Source: Candidatus Uhrbacteria bacterium
GTDB taxonomy: Bacteria > Patescibacteriota > Patescibacteriia > GWA2-47-26
DNA: 64,000 nucleotides
Reading direction: 5' to 3'
Assembly (NCBI GenBank): GCA_016187515.1
Contig: JACPJN010000006.1
Span: 128,856-192,855 of the forward strand
Below are positions 61,096 to 64,000 of this stretch, piece by piece. The translations under genes and the position numbers were made by a program. The notes under the pieces are model-generated. The model searched no databases. It was not told the DNA's origin and worked only from the letters and a program-made list of their open reading frames with translations. The first letter of the stretch is position 1; every line of letters starts with the position of its first letter.

Positions 61096-61244
61096 GGTTT
61101 TCCTCCTGTTGGATTTTGGGCCATTCTGGTTAAATCAAGGTACACTCTCTCTATACCACAAGACGCACGATCTGTCAACCCCTTACGCAAAACGCAAAAG
61201 CGGCCTTGCGGCCGCTCCAATTCCTACGTACTACGTCCTACATA

Positions 61245-61565
61245 CTACGTACTCGCCACGGGCGTTTCCTTCAGCCGTTTTTTGTAATCCCGCAAAAAGT
61301 AAAGTTTGGCGCGGCTAACCTTGGCCTGACGCACTGGCTCAATCTTGACGACGGCCGGCGCGCGAAGCGGGTATATTTTTTCTACCCCCACGCCGTCAGC
61401 GCCAATCTTGCGCACGGTGATCGTGGCTTGCGGTTCATTTCTGCCATGGCGCGCGATCACGATGCCTTCAAAAATCTGCACGCGCTCTTTTTCGCCTTTT
61501 TCGGTTTGCTCTTTGATTTTTTCATGCACCTTGACGGTCATCCCGGGTTTGATTGAATCGTGCAT
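61245..61565 (-). CDS. rplS: 50S ribosomal protein L19
   Basis: [48 protein letters not shown] is the canonical L19 sequence. Confidence 0.9.
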   Translation of the reverse strand: MHDSIKPGMTVKVHEKIKEQTEKGEKERVQIFEGIVIARHGRNEPQATITVRKIGADGVGVEKIYPLRAPAVVKIEPVRQAKVSRAKLYFLRDYKKRLKETPVAST

Positions 61566-61641
61566 AAGACCTATGTGACCTATACGACTTATAAGACCTA
61601 CTTTAATCGTGCCACTATCCTACCACTCCCCCCTTATTACG

Positions 61642-62202
61642 TCAAGGCCTGATAATTTTAAGCACGGCCAGAACGGTTTCTTCAATCTTTCCCTCCGGCG
61701 CGGTTACGGTGTGGGTGCAGTATTTTGCTTGTTCCATTTCCTCGCGCGCTTGGACAACACGGCGTGATTCATCTTCCGGCGCCATTTTGCCGCGCCGTTT
61801 CAGCCGGCGCACGAGCGACTGCGGGGATTCGGCTTGGAGAAAGATAGAAATTGCTTGAGGGAGTTTTGCTTGAATCGCTTTTGCGCCCTGGATATCAATG
61901 ACCATGAGCACATCTTTATCGGACTGGAGCAGCGCGTCAAGATCGCGCTTGGAGTTACCGTACCATTCATTGTACACCTGCGCGTGCTCAAAAAATTCTT
62001 GCGCGGCAACTTTTTTATCAAATTCTTCTTTGCCGATAAAATGATAATCGCGTCCCTCAACTTCGCCTTTCCGCGAACCGCGGGTCGTGTAAGTTACCAG
62101 ACGCGCCAAGTTTGGTACACGCTTCAACAATCCACGCGCCACGGTAGTTTTTCCGACTCCGGAGGGGCCAGTTACAATAAAAATTCTTCCGGTTCTGGAC
62201 AT
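61642..62202 (-). CDS. gmk: guanylate kinase
   Basis: P-loop IVTGPSGVGKTTV, followed by LVTYTTRGSRKGEVEGRDYHF. Confidence 0.9.
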   Translation of the reverse strand: MSRTGRIFIVTGPSGVGKTTVARGLLKRVPNLARLVTYTTRGSRKGEVEGRDYHFIGKEEFDKKVAAQEFFEHAQVYNEWYGNSKRDLDALLQSDKDVLMVIDIQGAKAIQAKLPQAISIFLQAESPQSLVRRLKRRGKMAPEDESRRVVQAREEMEQAKYCTHTVTAPEGKIEETVLAVLKIIRP

Positions 62203-63182
62203 ACGAATTCTCGGCGAGTGCCGCTTAAATCCTTAAACGCAATTTTCCGCGCATGCAACATGAGCCGGCTTGATTTACCTGTCTCGCTTGATTTACTTGA
62301 TTTACTGCGATACAGCGTATCGCCGACAATCGGATGCCCAATGGCTTTTAAGTGTACGCGAATCTGATGCGTCCGGCCAGTGCGGGTCCGGATCGCGAGA
62401 AATGTCACCCTCCCCTTCATCCCCTCCCATCGAGGGAGGGGGATCGTTTCGTACTCGGTCACGGCCTGTCTTCCCTTCCCCCCTTTTGGCCGCGCCACCA
62501 TCCGCGCGCCTTTGCGCGCCACGACAAATTCAATCACGCCCTGCGGCGGAATGACCGCGCCATTTACCGCCGCGACATATTCTTTTTCAACCTCATGCAT
62601 TTTAAATTGCTTTTTTAAATGATCAAACATATCCTGGGTACGGGCGATAACCATGACTCCGGAAACGTCGGCGTCAAGCCGATGCGCAATGCCCGGACGG
62701 ATTGGATCATCGCCGACTTTTCCAAGCTCGGGATACCGTGCCAGCAATCCATTAACCAGGGTATCCGGGGCTTTATGGCCTGCGCCTTGATGAACGACCA
62801 GGCCAGCGGGCTTGTTCACGACAATAAAATCCGGTTCTTCGTGGAGTACCCATGCCAGACCCCCTCTCACTCCCCCTCCGAGAGGGGGAGAAACAATTTT
62901 TCCTCCCCTGCCCGAGGGGAGGTAAGGAGGGGTGGGAGTACAATTAACGATTTGTACCTCCGGATTTGGCACCACCCGCAAATCCTCCGGTGGCTCGATT
63001 ACTGCCTCCACCTCATCACCCATGCGTAAAAAATGGTGCGGCGTGATGCGTTTGCTGTTTACCGTAACTTGTCCGTCTTTGACCATCCTTTGCAAATGCG
63101 CGCGCGAAAACTCCGGCAAATATTCTTTCAGAAACTTGTCGAGTCGTTGACCTTGATGTTCAATCGTAATTAAGAAATCCAT
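62172..63182 (-). CDS. RluA-family 23S rRNA pseudouridine synthase (RluD-like) with N-terminal S4 domain
   Basis: S4 region RLDKFLKEYLP. Catalytic motif HRLDADVSGVMVIARTQ. Two in-frame repeat-derived inserts: the GC-rich palindromic element at 62860-62938 and the TTGATTTACTTG repeat at 62265-62310 (encoding SKSSKSSETGKSS). A further GC-rich tract lies at 62404-62475. Confidence 0.85.
   Translation of the reverse strand: MDFLITIEHQGQRLDKFLKEYLPEFSRAHLQRMVKDGQVTVNSKRITPHHFLRMGDEVEAVIEPPEDLRVVPNPEVQIVNCTPTPPYLPSGRGGKIVSPPLGGGVRGGLAWVLHEEPDFIVVNKPAGLVVHQGAGHKAPDTLVNGLLARYPELGKVGDDPIRPGIAHRLDADVSGVMVIARTQDMFDHLKKQFKMHEVEKEYVAAVNGAVIPPQGVIEFVVARKGARMVARPKGGKGRQAVTEYETIPLPRWEGMKGRVTFLAIRTRTGRTHQIRVHLKAIGHPIVGDTLYRSKSSKSSETGKSSRLMLHARKIAFKDLSGTRREFVCPEPEEFLL
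62860..62938. repeat. GC-rich composite palindromic element, near-identical to 35622-35706
   Basis: gaccccctctcactccccctccgagagggggagaaacaatttttcctcccctgcccgaggggaggtaaggaggggtgggag. Confidence 0.75.
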
Positions 63183-63191
63183 GAGAAACGG

Positions 63192-63665
63192 TTAAGAACC
63201 GGCGTACCAAGCTACTTCTTTACCTTTGGTTTTCCAAAAAATTCCGTGGATCTCCTTGATTTTTTCAAGCAGTTCCTGCGCGTGCTCCAAGCTCACTTCT
63301 TGTTTGCACGCGGAAGCAAGTTTTGCCGTCTCCCAAAATTTAGTATGCAAATCCGGAAAGTCCTTAAGATGCGCCGGCTTAAAATAGTCCGTCCATAAAA
63401 TCAAGAGTTCGCGCTTGGCCAGCTCGGCCTGCTCTTCTTTAATCGCGATATAGCGCGCCAAAGTATTATGGAAATTTTTCCACGCGTCCTGATCGTGATT
63501 TTTCGGCTGCTCAAGCGCGATAATCTTTTTGGTCATCGAAAGCACGGCTTCCCCCGCGATCCGCGATGAGGCCGGATCATAAACCCCGCAAGGGCCGTCG
63601 CAATGCGCGTGTGCCACTTGCGCCGGGATCAATCTACAAAAAAAGGCGATTAATTTTATCCACAT
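63192..63665 (-). CDS. sodN: nickel-containing superoxide dismutase
   Basis: The mature N-terminus HCDGPCGVYDPA matches the Ni-hook HCDLPCGVYDPA, after a cleavable leader MWIKLIAFFCRLIPAQVAHA. About 15 kDa. Confidence 0.85.
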   Translation of the reverse strand: MWIKLIAFFCRLIPAQVAHAHCDGPCGVYDPASSRIAGEAVLSMTKKIIALEQPKNHDQDAWKNFHNTLARYIAIKEEQAELAKRELLILWTDYFKPAHLKDFPDLHTKFWETAKLASACKQEVSLEHAQELLEKIKEIHGIFWKTKGKEVAWYAGS

Positions 63666-63676
63666 AGATTTTTTGA

Positions 63677-63862
63677 TTACTTATTGGTAGTGAATTTGAA
63701 TAGCGCGTACGCCGCCACGCTGCCAACCGCGACCCAGCCCATAACCTCAAAGGGGTGCGTATGGAGAACCGGCGCGCCATGGCCGGGATTGGCCAAAACG
63801 GCAAAAGGCGTAAACATAAACCCGATACTTATAATATATCGCATATTTAAAAAGTATAACAT
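63677..63862 (-). CDS. small membrane protein (61 aa)
   Basis: Two hydrophobic segments flank GHGAPVLHTHPFE. No family recognised. Confidence 0.35.
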   Translation of the reverse strand: MLYFLNMRYIISIGFMFTPFAVLANPGHGAPVLHTHPFEVMGWVAVGSVAAYALFKFTTNK

Positions 63863-63874
63863 TTTAGCTGACGC

Positions 63875-64000
63875 TTATCCATAGTTACTTTGCACCCACG
63901 CCGCGGCCTGTTCTTTGGTGGTAACCCGCGCCGAAAGCTGTTCTTCAATAAGCGCGTCTTTGATCTCTCCCACCCCGGGCCCGGCCGGAATCTTTAGCAT
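63875..64000 (-). CDS. short ORF or 3' end of a gene continuing past the window end
   Basis: Minus-strand translation MLKIPAGPGVGEIKDALIEEQLSARVTTKEQAAAWVQSNYG*. The ATG is exactly at the window edge, so the true start is probably upstream and outside the window. Confidence 0.25.
   Translation of the reverse strand: MLKIPAGPGVGEIKDALIEEQLSARVTTKEQAAAWVQSNYG

Noticed and set aside
763-62938. Possibility that the recurring GC-rich repeats are a CRISPR array
   Set aside because: Copies are dispersed over 62 kb, differ in length and orientation, are palindromic, and lie inside genes. They lack regular spacing, spacers and cas genes.

Overview
This is a gene-dense 64-kb window from a bacterial chromosome, with most genes on the minus strand. 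The housekeeping backbone is clear: dprA-topA, a short bifunctional RelA/SpoT, parA-parB, scpB, a D,D-carboxypeptidase, trpS, RNase J, an OppA-like solute-binding protein, secG, a DsbA-like protein, uvrA, rplS, gmk, rluD-like, Ni-type superoxide dismutase, tRNA-Leu(CAA), initiator tRNA-Met, tRNA-Val, tRNA-Leu(GAG), tRNA-Leu(CAG) and an unusually long RNase P RNA. Accessory material is interleaved with this backbone.
(1) A family of GC-rich palindromic insertion elements (CCCCTCCC..GGGGAGGG type) has about 14 copies, most inserted in-frame inside conserved genes.
(2) Two accretion islands lie at gene 3' ends, each bounded by duplicated copies of the target gene terminus. One sits at the trpS 3' end and the other at the polyprenyl sugar-transferase 3' end. 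They carry toxin-antitoxin pairs and paralogous modules of unknown function.
(3) A high-GC cell-surface locus has two duplicated lipoprotein + M23-peptidase/Cys-rich/Kelch-like cassettes, a 1382-aa Cys-repeat lipoprotein, an orphan histidine kinase and a PaaX-like regulator.
(4) Each intact minus-strand tRNA gene has degenerate 5' partial copies of itself just upstream. tRNA-Leu(CAG) is nested between 13-bp inverted repeats, with complementary tRNA half-fragments on either side.
(5) Locus-specific low-complexity hairpin repeats fill many intergenic spacers.
(6) Three standalone four-helix-bundle (23S-IVS/Avd-like) genes and one GxxExxY gene are scattered through the window.
The gene repertoire and compact layout would fit a small-genome lineage such as Patescibacteria/CPR. 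That is inference and cannot be established from this sequence alone. No CRISPR array, transposase, integrase or reverse transcriptase was recognised.
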